A stretch of DNA of 64,000 bases, from the IMG/VR virus record IMGVR_UViG_3300009108_000751, positions 1 through 64,000 of that record, one strand, 5' to 3'. The notes beneath the pieces were generated by a model. That model worked only from the letters and a program-made list of their open reading frames with translations, made no database searches and had not been told where the DNA came from. How positions within the stretch are numbered: the first letter of the stretch is position 1; every line of letters begins with the position of its first letter. Shown piece by piece: positions 8,726 through 16,636 of this stretch. A program made the translations under genes and the position numbers.

Positions 8726-9434
8726 CATCTGCTGTCGACACCTTCATGACATCATCCATCTTGGCGGGGTCGAGCAAGAAGTCCTGACCGTCGTTGATTC
8801 CCTGAATGCCGTGATTCTGCGCATCTTCCTCTGGGACAACTAGCACGCATTTATACGTGAGGAACTTGGACTTTTCCTTGTGCTCCCACATCCCCATCAT
8901 TGTTCCCCCGGTACCTGCTCCACCCACGAAACCTGACCATGTCATGGTGGATTCTAGCTGAAGGTGAATCTCTGGGCCCGTGGTTTCCCGATGACACGCT
9001 ACGTTGTCGAGGTTCTCAAATTGCATCGGTGACCAGACATCTCCACCGGTGAGCATCATTTGGTCTCTCAAAGCGATTGCTGCCTCGAAGTCACTGTGTC
9101 CCACCTCGACCACTTCTGCACCAAAAGCACGCATCATCTGCTTGCGCTCCTCGCTCATGTTGCACGGCATGATGATCTTCACGGGATTGCCCAACGCTGC
9201 ACCTGCCGCGGCAAGCGCGATGCCCGTGTTGCCTGAGGTGGCTTCGATGAAAGTGGTGTTCTCGCCGAACTCATCGCGCTCCTGTGCACGTTTGACCACG
9301 TACGCGATCATCCGATCCTTGATGCTGCCAGTGGGGTTGTAAGTTTCCAGCTTGGCGTACAGCTGCTTGGAGATCTTGACTAGGGGTGTATTCCCAACAT
9401 TAGTGAAGTAACCGTTTTGCTTCATTCTCATCAT
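8559..9434 (-). CDS. cysK: PLP-dependent cysteine synthase (CysK/CysM family)
   Basis: GNTPLV, YAKLETYNPTGSIKDR (PLP lysine), EATSGNTGIALA, GAGTGGT, GISAGAN, DRGERYLS. Confidence 0.9.
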   Translation of the reverse strand: MMRMKQNGYFTNVGNTPLVKISKQLYAKLETYNPTGSIKDRMIAYVVKRAQERDEFGENTTFIEATSGNTGIALAAAGAALGNPVKIIMPCNMSEERKQMMRAFGAEVVEVGHSDFEAAIALRDQMMLTGGDVWSPMQFENLDNVACHRETTGPEIHLQLESTMTWSGFVGGAGTGGTMMGMWEHKEKSKFLTYKCVLVVPEEDAQNHGIQGINDGQDFLLDPAKMDDVMKVSTADAIERARRLAQENGLLVGISAGANVLAAERWIAKRRPAGVVVTILCDRGERYLSCS

Positions 9435-9492
9435 CCTTGAGAATAACTATACTCGCGAACTCAAAGGAGTATAATAGAGTAAAGGAGGCACA

Positions 9493-10197
9493 ATGTCATA
9501 CTTGGGATATGTAAAGCTCATGACAGCGCACTGCAAAGCGTTTGCAAACCCTACGATCTTAGAGGTCGGAGTCGACAGGGGTCAAACCGCGCTTCCCTTG
9601 ATATCCAACTTGCTCCGCTTATCGAGAGACTTCCGGTACGTTGGCGTCGACATAAGGCATGAACCGTGCTTCAGTGAGCAAATATCTCAGATGGAAGGCG
9701 TCAAGACATACCTGGGAGATAACAACCCGGACTTCAACGTCGCCTACACGATAGAAAACAGCCTGGATATTTTGCCCAACCTTGCAAAAGCAGGTAACAA
9801 GTTTGACCTAATCTTGATAGACGGAGATCATAACTACGGTACCGTCAAGCAAGAGCTATCCTACTTGAACGATCTTTCACACACTCACACAATGGTGATC
9901 TGTGACGACTATCGAGGGCGACACGAGAATAACGACAACTTCTACAAAGATTACGAGTCACACAAAAGTATCGATACCTTTATCGACGTTGAGATTCACC
10001 CGTCTAAAAAAGGCGCCAACCAGGCGATCGATGAGTGGCTAGAGGAACAAGAAGGAAAGTGGTGGGCATACAAGCCGCCTCAGTATGAGCCCATCTTTCT
10101 TTGTGGAAGCGGGATTCTACGTCTCCAGTCGGACGAGCACCCCCGCGGGTTTTCACAACAGGACTACGTGATCACTTACCGCGAACCAGAATCCTAA
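9493..10197 (+). CDS. class I SAM-dependent methyltransferase (Methyltransf_24-like)
   Basis: ILEVGVDRG, FDLILIDGDHNY, ICDDY; SD AGGAGG, TATAAT at 9470. Confidence 0.75.
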   Translation: MSYLGYVKLMTAHCKAFANPTILEVGVDRGQTALPLISNLLRLSRDFRYVGVDIRHEPCFSEQISQMEGVKTYLGDNNPDFNVAYTIENSLDILPNLAKAGNKFDLILIDGDHNYGTVKQELSYLNDLSHTHTMVICDDYRGRHENNDNFYKDYESHKSIDTFIDVEIHPSKKGANQAIDEWLEEQEGKWWAYKPPQYEPIFLCGSGILRLQSDEHPRGFSQQDYVITYREPES

Positions 10198-10246
10198 CGC
10201 TTATCTTGCCGGGAGCTCATAATAAAATCTTCTATACTACTAACAC

Positions 10247-10640
10247 CTATAGCGCATAGATAGACGCACGCTATAGCGCACACACCTCAGACCGGCCATG
10301 CGATCCCTGCGTTCTGTGTCATTTTAGCCAACGCGGGCACGTAAGCCGTTTTAGCGAACGCGCACGTCTACGTCATTTTAGCGAACGCGTACGCGCGGTT
10401 TAGGCGAGCGGTTTAGGCCAGCGACGCACAGCAGTGGACATTTGTAATCCCCTCCCATATAAGCGAAGGGCAGTGGTCATCGGGCTACCGTTTTAGCGAA
10501 AGTCTGCGCTGTCATTTTAGAGAGCGATTTTAGTCCCGTGACCACTGCTGCTCTACTTAGGCCCCGCGCGCGCCCTTGATGTCACGTTTTGTCTCTCATT
10601 GTCTCATTTTGTCTCTCGAAGACGCAGTCGGACCCACTGC
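10247..10640. repeat. non-coding repeat block (TTTTAGC[G/C]AACGCG iteron-like repeats, inverted GCAGTGG/CCACTGC, TGTCTC x3)
   Basis: Repeats at 10318-10335, 10346-10362, 10372-10389 (27-bp period); related copies at 10395, 10408, 10488, 10511, 10526. Confidence 0.8.
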
Positions 10641-10879
10641 TGCCAGTCACTCACTGCAAATAAAATGTATAAGCAGTTGTACATTATGTCCACTCACTTT
10701 CTCTCAAATAGAGATGAACATTCCCTATAGCGGGGGTACAATATGAACATAGGTTACCTGAGGGAGATCGAGTGATGGCCCTCGACGATCGCGCAGGCCA
10801 GCGTGTGACTCGTGCACTCGTCTCTCCCTCGCTATAGCGCAACCCATTCAAGCGAGCCACCGCCGGTTCGAGCGAGGTA

Positions 10880-11083
10880 GTGTTGATCAATCTAACTGAT
10901 GAAGAGCTCGACGAGATATCGACTTACACAGGTTTGGATATCGCAATGCAGTACCCGCTCGATGCCACGCCCATCATATTCTTCAGTCATGACGGTCAAG
11001 GCGCCGTCAAGTTCGTCACGGTTCTCAAAGATGCTCCGATCGGCTCAGAGTCGGTGTGTAAGTGGGAGGGGGATGGTTTATAA
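10880..11083 (+). CDS. hypothetical protein
   Basis: SD GAGG; stop lies inside the next TATAAT. Confidence 0.45.
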   Translation: MLINLTDEELDEISTYTGLDIAMQYPLDATPIIFFSHDGQGAVKFVTVLKDAPIGSESVCKWEGDGL

Positions 11084-11084
11084 T
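11056..11084 (+). promoter_or_regulatory. GTGTAA-N17-TATAAT promoter
   Basis: GTGTAA 11056-11061, TATAAT 11079-11084; CCTGGGGAGG leader. Confidence 0.8.
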
Positions 11085-11112
11085 AGCCGTGAATAAAGCC
11101 TGGGGAGGCACG

Positions 11113-11682
11113 ATGAAAGTAGAAGTTTACAAGAAGTATCGGCACGGCAAGACCTACGTCTCAGGCGAGCTCAAGGGAGCGGGTGTTTACGACTCTGATC
11201 CGGATCTCGAAGTTGATGGGATCGTGTATCCTCACCGTGATCGCGCCATGCTCATGCTCACTGAAGCTGGTGACAGGGGCGAACTGGTCCTCCAGCTCAT
11301 GCTCAGTGAAGCTCAAGTCGACCACCTGAGGGACGTGCTCTATGAGGTGAGTAAGCAGATGATGGTGGATCGGAACCGGCGAGAGCTGGAGGCAGGACAC
11401 GCCCGACAAAAGCGTGTAAGCGCGGAAGAGGCCGGTTATAATAGGGGTGAAGATAACGGAGACGACTTCATGAAGCCTAAACTCTACTCTTTCAAGTTTC
11501 ACCGCAACGAGTTCGGGGATGTTGGCTTCAACCAGATCATGGCCCCAAGCCTTGAGCACGCCATCGAGTTCGCTAAGGACGAGTTCGAAGGTGGAACCGC
11601 AAATCTCAAGGTTGACGTTGACACCTTCAAGGTGGTCGAAGACGTGAACGCTTACTACAACTCATTCCCGCTGATGGATTAG
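11113..11682 (+). CDS. hypothetical protein
   Basis: SD GGGGAGG, ATG 11113. Confidence 0.65.
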   Translation: MKVEVYKKYRHGKTYVSGELKGAGVYDSDPDLEVDGIVYPHRDRAMLMLTEAGDRGELVLQLMLSEAQVDHLRDVLYEVSKQMMVDRNRRELEAGHARQKRVSAEEAGYNRGEDNGDDFMKPKLYSFKFHRNEFGDVGFNQIMAPSLEHAIEFAKDEFEGGTANLKVDVDTFKVVEDVNAYYNSFPLMD

Positions 11683-11691
11683 GAGAAAGCC

Positions 11692-11922
11692 ATGCAGCTC
11701 GCACACGCTCAAGCGATCGTTGAAGAACTTACACAGACTTTAGGTGTTGAAGCCTCTGTTCGAGAGAACTACTCGGGTCGAGGCATGTATGGCCGTACGA
11801 CCGCGGCGGTCAGCACTCACTACTCGGAAGATGTCGTCGCCGCTGCGCGCGATCTCGGCCTTCCGCTCCGTCGCTCCAACCTCAACGTTGACAGCATGGG
11901 CTTGGGCAAGGTGGTTTACTAG
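11692..11922 (+). CDS. small phage protein with YSGRGMYG motif
   Basis: SD AGGAG; motif recognised from small phage proteins. Confidence 0.65.
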   Translation: MQLAHAQAIVEELTQTLGVEASVRENYSGRGMYGRTTAAVSTHYSEDVVAAARDLGLPLRRSNLNVDSMGLGKVVY

Positions 11923-11961
11923 TGGTGTAAGTCGTTCGACTCTCACGACGACCCAAGAGCT

Positions 11962-11990
11962 GTGTAAGTTCCGGGGCAGCCTGGTATAAT
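11962..11990 (+). promoter_or_regulatory. GTGTAA-N17-TATAAT promoter
   Basis: GTGTAA 11962-11967, TATAAT 11985-11990; an orphan GTGTAA at 11925 has no -10. Confidence 0.8.
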
Positions 11991-12024
11991 ATCCACGTAA
12001 AGAACAAAGCCTAAGGGGCGCAAC

Positions 12025-12354
12025 ATGGCAACCGGCATCTTCATTCCCAAGCGCGAGATCACCGAAGCTATTCAGCGACACTGTGACCGCATTCAAGAAG
12101 AGCTTAGCAACTCCTTCGATATCGGTGACCCAGTTCAGGCCAGGCACGGTCGGGCACTGTGGGACGCTCAGGTCGAGATTGCTCGAGACAGGCTGGAAGC
12201 CAGAATGGAACAAGCCTTGGGCACTGCGGTGGACGACATCATCGTGGAGCTCGACGACGGTGAGTTCTTCGCTCAAGCAGCGCAAGCAATTGACGAGGAG
12301 GAGACCATTCCCGGTGTCCAACAGCTGTCGGAGTTGTGTAAGCCGCAGCGCTGA
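12025..12354 (+). CDS. hypothetical acidic protein
   Basis: Follows the promoter leader; stop falls in the next promoter spacer. Confidence 0.6.
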   Translation: MATGIFIPKREITEAIQRHCDRIQEELSNSFDIGDPVQARHGRALWDAQVEIARDRLEARMEQALGTAVDDIIVELDDGEFFAQAAQAIDEEETIPGVQQLSELCKPQR

Positions 12355-12364
12355 GTGTTATAAT
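12336..12364 (+). promoter_or_regulatory. GTGTAA-N17-TATAAT promoter
   Basis: GTGTAA 12336-12341, TATAAT 12359-12364; leader shares 22 nt with that at 11991. Confidence 0.8.
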
Positions 12365-12397
12365 ATCCACGTAAAGAACAAAGCCTGGGGAGGCAAT

Positions 12398-12721
12398 ATG
12401 GTTTTAGAAGTTCAAACTCACAACGATGGTAACATCAACGTTAACGGCACGTGCCTCCAAGGCTACCTCAACGACACTCAGGGCCAGCAGCTGGTCGAGA
12501 AGTTCGGTGAACCCCTGCTCGGATATCCCGAGGACAAGGTCGAGTTCGAGTGGAACCTCCTGATCGAGGGCAAGCCGATCACGATCTACTCGTGGAAGAA
12601 CTACGGCCAGAAGTCGTTCGAGCAGATCCGGGTGTGGAACGTGGGTGGCAAGAACAAGCAAGTGCTCGACCTCCTCCGTCAGGTCGGGCTCAGGCCCAGT
12701 GAGTCACCCAGCTTTTGGTAG
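12398..12721 (+). CDS. small phage protein (GTCLQGY...FGEP...DKV..EW...TIYSWK...WNVGG pattern)
   Basis: SD GGGGAGG, ATG 12398; pattern recognised from aquatic phages. Confidence 0.7.
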   Translation: MVLEVQTHNDGNINVNGTCLQGYLNDTQGQQLVEKFGEPLLGYPEDKVEFEWNLLIEGKPITIYSWKNYGQKSFEQIRVWNVGGKNKQVLDLLRQVGLRPSESPSFW

Positions 12722-12722
12722 T

Positions 12723-12751
12723 GTGTAACTCCAAGGGCAGCTGGTTATAAT
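12723..12751 (+). promoter_or_regulatory. GTGTAA-N17-TATAAT promoter
   Basis: GTGTAA 12723-12728, TATAAT 12746-12751. Confidence 0.8.
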
Positions 12752-12790
12752 ATAAACGAAGAAAACGCAAACAACCTGGGGAGGTTCTAA

Positions 12791-13534
12791 ATGCGACTCA
12801 AAACTCAACATGCCGATATCGAACGCGGCGCAAACATTCTCTCGATCGATATTCCGGACCAGCTCAAGAAGCGCTGCAAGACCGGCATCAAGTTTATCGA
12901 TGACGCTTTCGGTGGCAAGGGCATGACCCCATCGGTCTGCACCCTCTTTACCGGTACGCCAGGTGCGGGTAAGACCACGCTCATGCTCCAGCTGGCTGAC
13001 AGCTTAACGCGTCAAGGCCATGTCTGCCTCTTTAACACGGCAGAGGAAAGCCTCTATCAGGTTCGTGGTGTGGTGGATCGGCTCAAGCTACGCAACGGCT
13101 TCGTCTGCGGCCAGGACAACCATGTCCCCACGCTGCTCAAGCACTGTGATGAGATTCGTGAAGCCAACCCTGGTAAGCAACTCTTCGTCATCATCGACTC
13201 GCTTCAAACGCTGGATGATGGGCACTTCAACTCCGGCCGCATTACGACGGCGACGGCTGAACGCTCACTCCAAGCCATCACGGACTACTGCAAAGAGCAT
13301 TACGCCTGCGCAATCGTGGTTGGCCAGGTGACCAAGTCTGGTAAGATGGCGGGTTCTAACAAGCTCAAGCACATGGTGGACGCTCATTGCCACCTGCGCA
13401 TCGAGGACAGCGAGAAGAGTGAGTTCTTCCAGTACCGCGTCTTCGAGGTTCCCAAGAACCGCTTCGGTGGCGCTGGCCACGGATACGTGCTGGACATGAC
13501 GGCACGCGGACTTCGGGAGTACGGCATTCTCTAG
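12791..13534 (+). CDS. radA: RadA/Sms-like RecA-fold ATPase (ATPase domain only)
   Basis: GTPGAGKT, AEES, IIDSLQ, GQVTKSGKMAGSNKLKHMVDA, KNRFG; no N-terminal Zn finger or Lon-like domain. Confidence 0.8.
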   Translation: MRLKTQHADIERGANILSIDIPDQLKKRCKTGIKFIDDAFGGKGMTPSVCTLFTGTPGAGKTTLMLQLADSLTRQGHVCLFNTAEESLYQVRGVVDRLKLRNGFVCGQDNHVPTLLKHCDEIREANPGKQLFVIIDSLQTLDDGHFNSGRITTATAERSLQAITDYCKEHYACAIVVGQVTKSGKMAGSNKLKHMVDAHCHLRIEDSEKSEFFQYRVFEVPKNRFGGAGHGYVLDMTARGLREYGIL

Positions 13535-13588
13535 GCACAACTCTCCCCAGGGGCGGGAGGTGAGGCAACTCCCTCCCGCCGTGCCTAG
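13531..13588 (+). terminator. GC-rich stem-loop after radA (terminator or processing/stabilising site)
   Basis: GGCGGGAGG-T-GAG-GCAA-CTC-CCTCCCGCC within outer CTAGGCAC/GTGCCTAG; no clear U tract. Confidence 0.5.
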
Positions 13589-13597
13589 GGGTCTTGT

Positions 13598-13626
13598 GTG
13601 TAAGATGAGAAGTCATAGGTTATAAT
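13598..13626 (+). promoter_or_regulatory. GTGTAA-N17-TATAAT promoter
   Basis: GTGTAA 13598-13603, TATAAT 13621-13626. Confidence 0.8.
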
Positions 13627-13653
13627 AGCCCTGAAGATAACAAGGAGCTCCTA

Positions 13654-13848
13654 ATGGATCCCAACAAAGTTCACGTCGTCAATGCTTATACTCGCAAAGT
13701 CTACGGTTCGTTTGACCTGGACATTGATGCACGTCAATACATGCGCAACATGCTCCTGAAGGAGTGCGACGGTCCTAATGATGACGACCGCGAGGTGCCA
13801 AAGATCTGGTGCTTCGATGCGCGTGGAGTTGAGACTACATCCTTCTAG
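13654..13848 (+). CDS. hypothetical protein
   Basis: SD AAGGAG; stop abuts the next promoter. Confidence 0.6.
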   Translation: MDPNKVHVVNAYTRKVYGSFDLDIDARQYMRNMLLKECDGPNDDDREVPKIWCFDARGVETTSF

Positions 13849-13876
13849 GTGTAAGTTTCAGAGAACCTGTTATAAT
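13849..13876 (+). promoter_or_regulatory. GTGTAA-N16-TATAAT promoter
   Basis: GTGTAA 13849-13854, TATAAT 13871-13876 (only 16-bp copy). Confidence 0.75.
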
Positions 13877-13907
13877 ATAAGCGAATCATATGCCTGGGGA
13901 GGCAACA

Positions 13908-14177
13908 ATGGCTGAGAATAAAGAATACATTTCTGGCGACTATGTCGCGATCATTGCATCGATGGACGATGTTGAGAGTGTGGATGAACTGGTTGAGATG
14001 GTGAAGGGTGGCCAACGCCCCGAGCATTCCAGCCTCTTCCGCTTTGAGCTGGACACTGACACACCGCAGCTGGTCAACCTGGTCGGTCGCGGTTACTTCT
14101 TCGAGAACGGTTGGAGCATGGACCACACGGTGTCGTGGATCGGTCCGGAAAGCGAGGTCCGCGATGCCCAAGCCTAA
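13908..14177 (+). CDS. hypothetical acidic protein
   Basis: SD GGGGAGG, ATG 13908. Confidence 0.6.
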   Translation: MAENKEYISGDYVAIIASMDDVESVDELVEMVKGGQRPEHSSLFRFELDTDTPQLVNLVGRGYFFENGWSMDHTVSWIGPESEVRDAQA

Positions 14178-14382
14178 CAAGTATCTCTACCTCTACGTCG
14201 TCCAAGGCAACTACGGTGGCTATGGATGGGAGGACCTTGCGGAGAGCGAATCCTACCAGGAAGCTCACTACAACCTCAAGGAGTACCGCATCTCAAGTGG
14301 CCCAGCTCCACATCGTATCATTCAGCGACGTGAGCCCAACCCGGCATACTTCAGCAAGCAAATGGCAGCTCCCGGTTTCTAG
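14164..14382 (+). CDS. small phage protein (YVVQGNYG..GWEDL...LKEYR pattern)
   Basis: SD GAGG, ATG 14164. Confidence 0.65.
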   Translation: MPKPNKYLYLYVVQGNYGGYGWEDLAESESYQEAHYNLKEYRISSGPAPHRIIQRREPNPAYFSKQMAAPGF

Positions 14383-14410
14383 TGTAACTTCCCGAGCTAG
14401 TAGTTATAAT
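14382..14410 (+). promoter_or_regulatory. GTGTAA-N17-TATAAT promoter
   Basis: GTGTAA 14382-14387, TATAAT 14405-14410. Confidence 0.8.
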
Positions 14411-14441
14411 GAAACGTAAAGGCGTTAAAGGGAAGAAGAAG

Positions 14442-14585
14442 ATGAAGAAGATTCCTAAGATTAGACAAAAGCACGTCAAGGAGATGCTGCTCAATCGCAA
14501 GGATGGTGCTCATCACAATCGTTCCAAGGACGTCAAGCGTGGAAGTTCACGCAAACCCAAGCACAAGGGGAAGCAGGAATGGTAG
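14442..14585 (+). CDS. 47-aa very basic peptide, possibly ArfA/BrfA-like
   Basis: MKKIPKIRQKHVKEMLLNRKDGAHHNRSKDVKRGSSRKPKHKGKQEW; first ORF after a promoter. Confidence 0.5.
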   Translation: MKKIPKIRQKHVKEMLLNRKDGAHHNRSKDVKRGSSRKPKHKGKQEW

Positions 14586-14809
14586 GCAAGAAGGTCAAGT
14601 TGACGGGTAAGAGCCGTCACGGTAAGAACCGGGTTCGTGAGCAAGGTGACGCCTGGGAAGTGGTGGGCGAGAGGGACAGCGTCCAGTTTCGCACCTCGGC
14701 TCCTGGGCCATTCCTCTTACTTCAGTCTGAAAGCACAGGACCTCACGGGCGCCACACTAGATGGGTCAGCTTACAACGTGATCCTGACTTCACCGTGGAG
14801 GTGCTATAA
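14579..14809 (+). CDS. hypothetical protein (SH3-like)
   Basis: MVGKKVKLTGKSRHGKNRVREQG..WEV. Confidence 0.6.
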   Translation: MVGKKVKLTGKSRHGKNRVREQGDAWEVVGERDSVQFRTSAPGPFLLLQSESTGPHGRHTRWVSLQRDPDFTVEVL

Positions 14810-14958
14810 TGTTTGACTTCCTGTTCTACCAAGAAGACATTCCCTCAAAGGGCTACCGAGCTGGTGACCTCAAGCCCGGATACGCAATCGCCGCATTGGC
14901 CCTATGCTTCCTGGCTGGCGCCTACCTGGAAGGACTAGAGCAAATGCAACCTTACTAG
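14809..14958 (+). CDS. 49-aa membrane peptide
   Basis: TAATG coupling, SD GGAGG, hydrophobic C-half. Confidence 0.5.
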   Translation: MFDFLFYQEDIPSKGYRAGDLKPGYAIAALALCFLAGAYLEGLEQMQPY

Positions 14959-14967
14959 CCTATTATA

Positions 14968-14996
14968 GTGTAACCCAAAAGTGGGTAGTGTACAAT
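14968..14996 (+). promoter_or_regulatory. GTGTAA-N17-TACAAT promoter
   Basis: GTGTAA 14968-14973, TACAAT 14991-14996. Confidence 0.75.
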
Positions 14997-15020
14997 AGCG
15001 GCGAATAGGAGGTGCTGGTT

Positions 15021-15477
15021 ATGGATGAATGCAGCATGGTATGTGAGAAGACAGGCGAGGTGCTCGCACGTGAGCCGTTTAGAGAGAACCTGTTGATCAC
15101 GGCTAAAGAGCAAGGCCTGCCAGTTATTAGTAAGCATAGTTTTGCCATTCATGAGAGCACCGTTTTGGTGGATTGTGGGTGTGGTGGAAACATGTATAAG
15201 TGCGGAGTGCAAGCATGAACGATAAGCAAGTAGCATTCTTATGCGGCATTGGCACAATCCTGCTCTTTCCCGCTCTTCCTATCATCGCCCTAGCCTTGGG
15301 TGTTGTTGGCTTCTTGTCACTCAAGCCTAAGGGAAGACGATAATGCAGATCGAACTCACACTCCCTCTCCCTCCTCCCGAGTGGATCGAGCGCATGGAAC
15401 GAGAGCAGCAGCCAGAGATCCAGAATGATCCCATGGTGGACTTCGACATCGACGACGGTGTAACCTTCGACCTATAG
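15021..15477 (+). CDS. three coupled small ORFs: 15021-15218 (Cys-rich), 15215-15343 (membrane), 15343-15477 (acidic, LTLPLPPP)
   Basis: SD AGGAGG; ATGA and TAATG overlaps. Confidence 0.5.
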
Positions 15478-15486
15478 AGATATAAT
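15458..15486 (+). promoter_or_regulatory. GTGTAA-N17-TATAAT promoter
   Basis: GTGTAA 15458-15463, TATAAT 15481-15486. Confidence 0.8.
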
Positions 15487-15509
15487 AGCCCTGAAGATAA
15501 GGAGCTACG

Positions 15510-15692
15510 ATGAGCAAGTCACTAACAGCCATCATCAATCGGTTCGGTGCCAAACGCCTCAAGGGCGATGGCTTCACCCAACGTATCCAGTTTAGCTCCT
15601 CCGGACAGGCACAACGTGCCGTGTGGGAGATCAGCAGCTCCACTGGACGGCAGTGCTGGAGCTCGGGTGACATCGTCGAGGTGCTCAAGTAG
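15510..15692 (+). CDS. hypothetical protein
   Basis: SD AAGGAG; single-gene cassette. Confidence 0.6.
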   Translation: MSKSLTAIINRFGAKRLKGDGFTQRIQFSSSGQAQRAVWEISSSTGRQCWSSGDIVEVLK

Positions 15693-15694
15693 CA

Positions 15695-15723
15695 GTGTAA
15701 GTCTCCAGGGCTAGTGTTATAAT
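15695..15723 (+). promoter_or_regulatory. GTGTAA-N17-TATAAT promoter
   Basis: GTGTAA 15695-15700, TATAAT 15718-15723. Confidence 0.8.
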
Positions 15724-15749
15724 AGTCCCGAAGATAAGGAGATACCGGC

Positions 15750-15920
15750 ATGGCACAGTGGGGAAACTTTACTGGCGGAGCGGCACCACTGGACGAAGCG
15801 CCAATGGACAGCGGCCCGATGTCTCCGGAGATGCAACGGCGCGTTTTCGATATTCTGGTTAGTACCGGTTCGGATCCCGCGGCACTCAAGGCTTCAGGTG
15901 AATACCCGAATGTTGTGTAA
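15750..15920 (+). CDS. 56-aa hypothetical protein
   Basis: SD AAGGAG; its stop is the TAA of the next GTGTAA. Confidence 0.55.
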   Translation: MAQWGNFTGGAAPLDEAPMDSGPMSPEMQRRVFDILVSTGSDPAALKASGEYPNVV

Positions 15921-15943
15921 CTCCCGTTGGTGGATGTTATAAT
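15915..15943 (+). promoter_or_regulatory. GTGTAA-N17-TATAAT promoter
   Basis: GTGTAA 15915-15920, TATAAT 15938-15943. Confidence 0.8.
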
Positions 15944-15964
15944 AAGGGCGAATAGGAGATGATC

Positions 15965-16260
15965 ATGGCAAGCTCACTCAAAACTTTCAAGGTTGGCTAC
16001 TCCAAGAACGTCGGCTATAAGAAGCACGGCAGTCGCACCGTAAAGGCTCGCAACGCCGAGGAAGCCAAGGTCCGAGTTCGGCACATTGTCGATGGCGCCT
16101 TTGGCCTCTACATTCAGGCTCCTCAAGTATGAGTTACGTCATCGAATATCAGGACAAGATGGGTCGACGTTTCCGAGCCGTGGTGGCCATGCTCCCGCAT
16201 TGCATCAAGGCTAAGAAAGCTGAGCTTCGTGCTCAAGGCTATAGCATTGTTGGTTACTAG
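15965..16260 (+). CDS. two coupled small basic ORFs (15965-16132, 16129-16260)
   Basis: SD AGGAG; ATGA overlap; second stop abuts the next promoter. Confidence 0.55.
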
Positions 16261-16289
16261 GTGTAACTCCCGCAAGGGCATGGTACAAT
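16261..16289 (+). promoter_or_regulatory. GTGTAA-N17-TACAAT promoter
   Basis: GTGTAA 16261-16266, TACAAT 16284-16289. Confidence 0.78.
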
Positions 16290-16313
16290 AGCCGTGAAGA
16301 TAAGGAGTTAGAG

Positions 16314-16589
16314 ATGGCCATCAAAACTGATAAGAGCGTAGGATATCATCCTGGACAGCTGGTCAAGTTCTTCAACCCCTTCAAGGAGCCGTATGAGGAG
16401 CAGATCGCCGAAGGCATCGTAACCTCAGTGGATCATTGGATGCAGACGTTGACCGTAGGTATCGGCAAGGCTCAAGCCCAGGAAGCTGAGTGGTTCGTCG
16501 GCGGACACCAGGTGGTGAAGATGAACAACCCTCACATCGAGGTCGTCCCCGACAAGGTGACTCAGATCTCCAACGTGAAAGATGTGTAA
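16314..16589 (+). CDS. hypothetical protein (SH3-like, HPGQLVKF)
   Basis: SD AAGGAG; its stop is the TAA of the next GTGTAA. Confidence 0.65.
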   Translation: MAIKTDKSVGYHPGQLVKFFNPFKEPYEEQIAEGIVTSVDHWMQTLTVGIGKAQAQEAEWFVGGHQVVKMNNPHIEVVPDKVTQISNVKDV

Positions 16590-16612
16590 CTTCGAGAGCT
16601 GTAAGTTATAAT
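16584..16612 (+). promoter_or_regulatory. GTGTAA-N17-TATAAT promoter
   Basis: GTGTAA 16584-16589, TATAAT 16607-16612. Confidence 0.8.
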
Positions 16613-16636
16613 AGTTCCGAAGATAAGGAGTTAGAG

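Noticed and set aside
11925-11955. TTCGACT-CTCAC resembling a tRNA T arm
   Set aside because: The 5' stem (AGTCG) does not pair with CTCAC and there is no D or anticodon arm.
12083-12397. Long N-terminal extension of the 12083-12721 ORF (similarly 16490, 14008, 11062, 7995)
   Set aside because: Overlaps other genes and promoters; a downstream ATG with a strong SD gives the real start.
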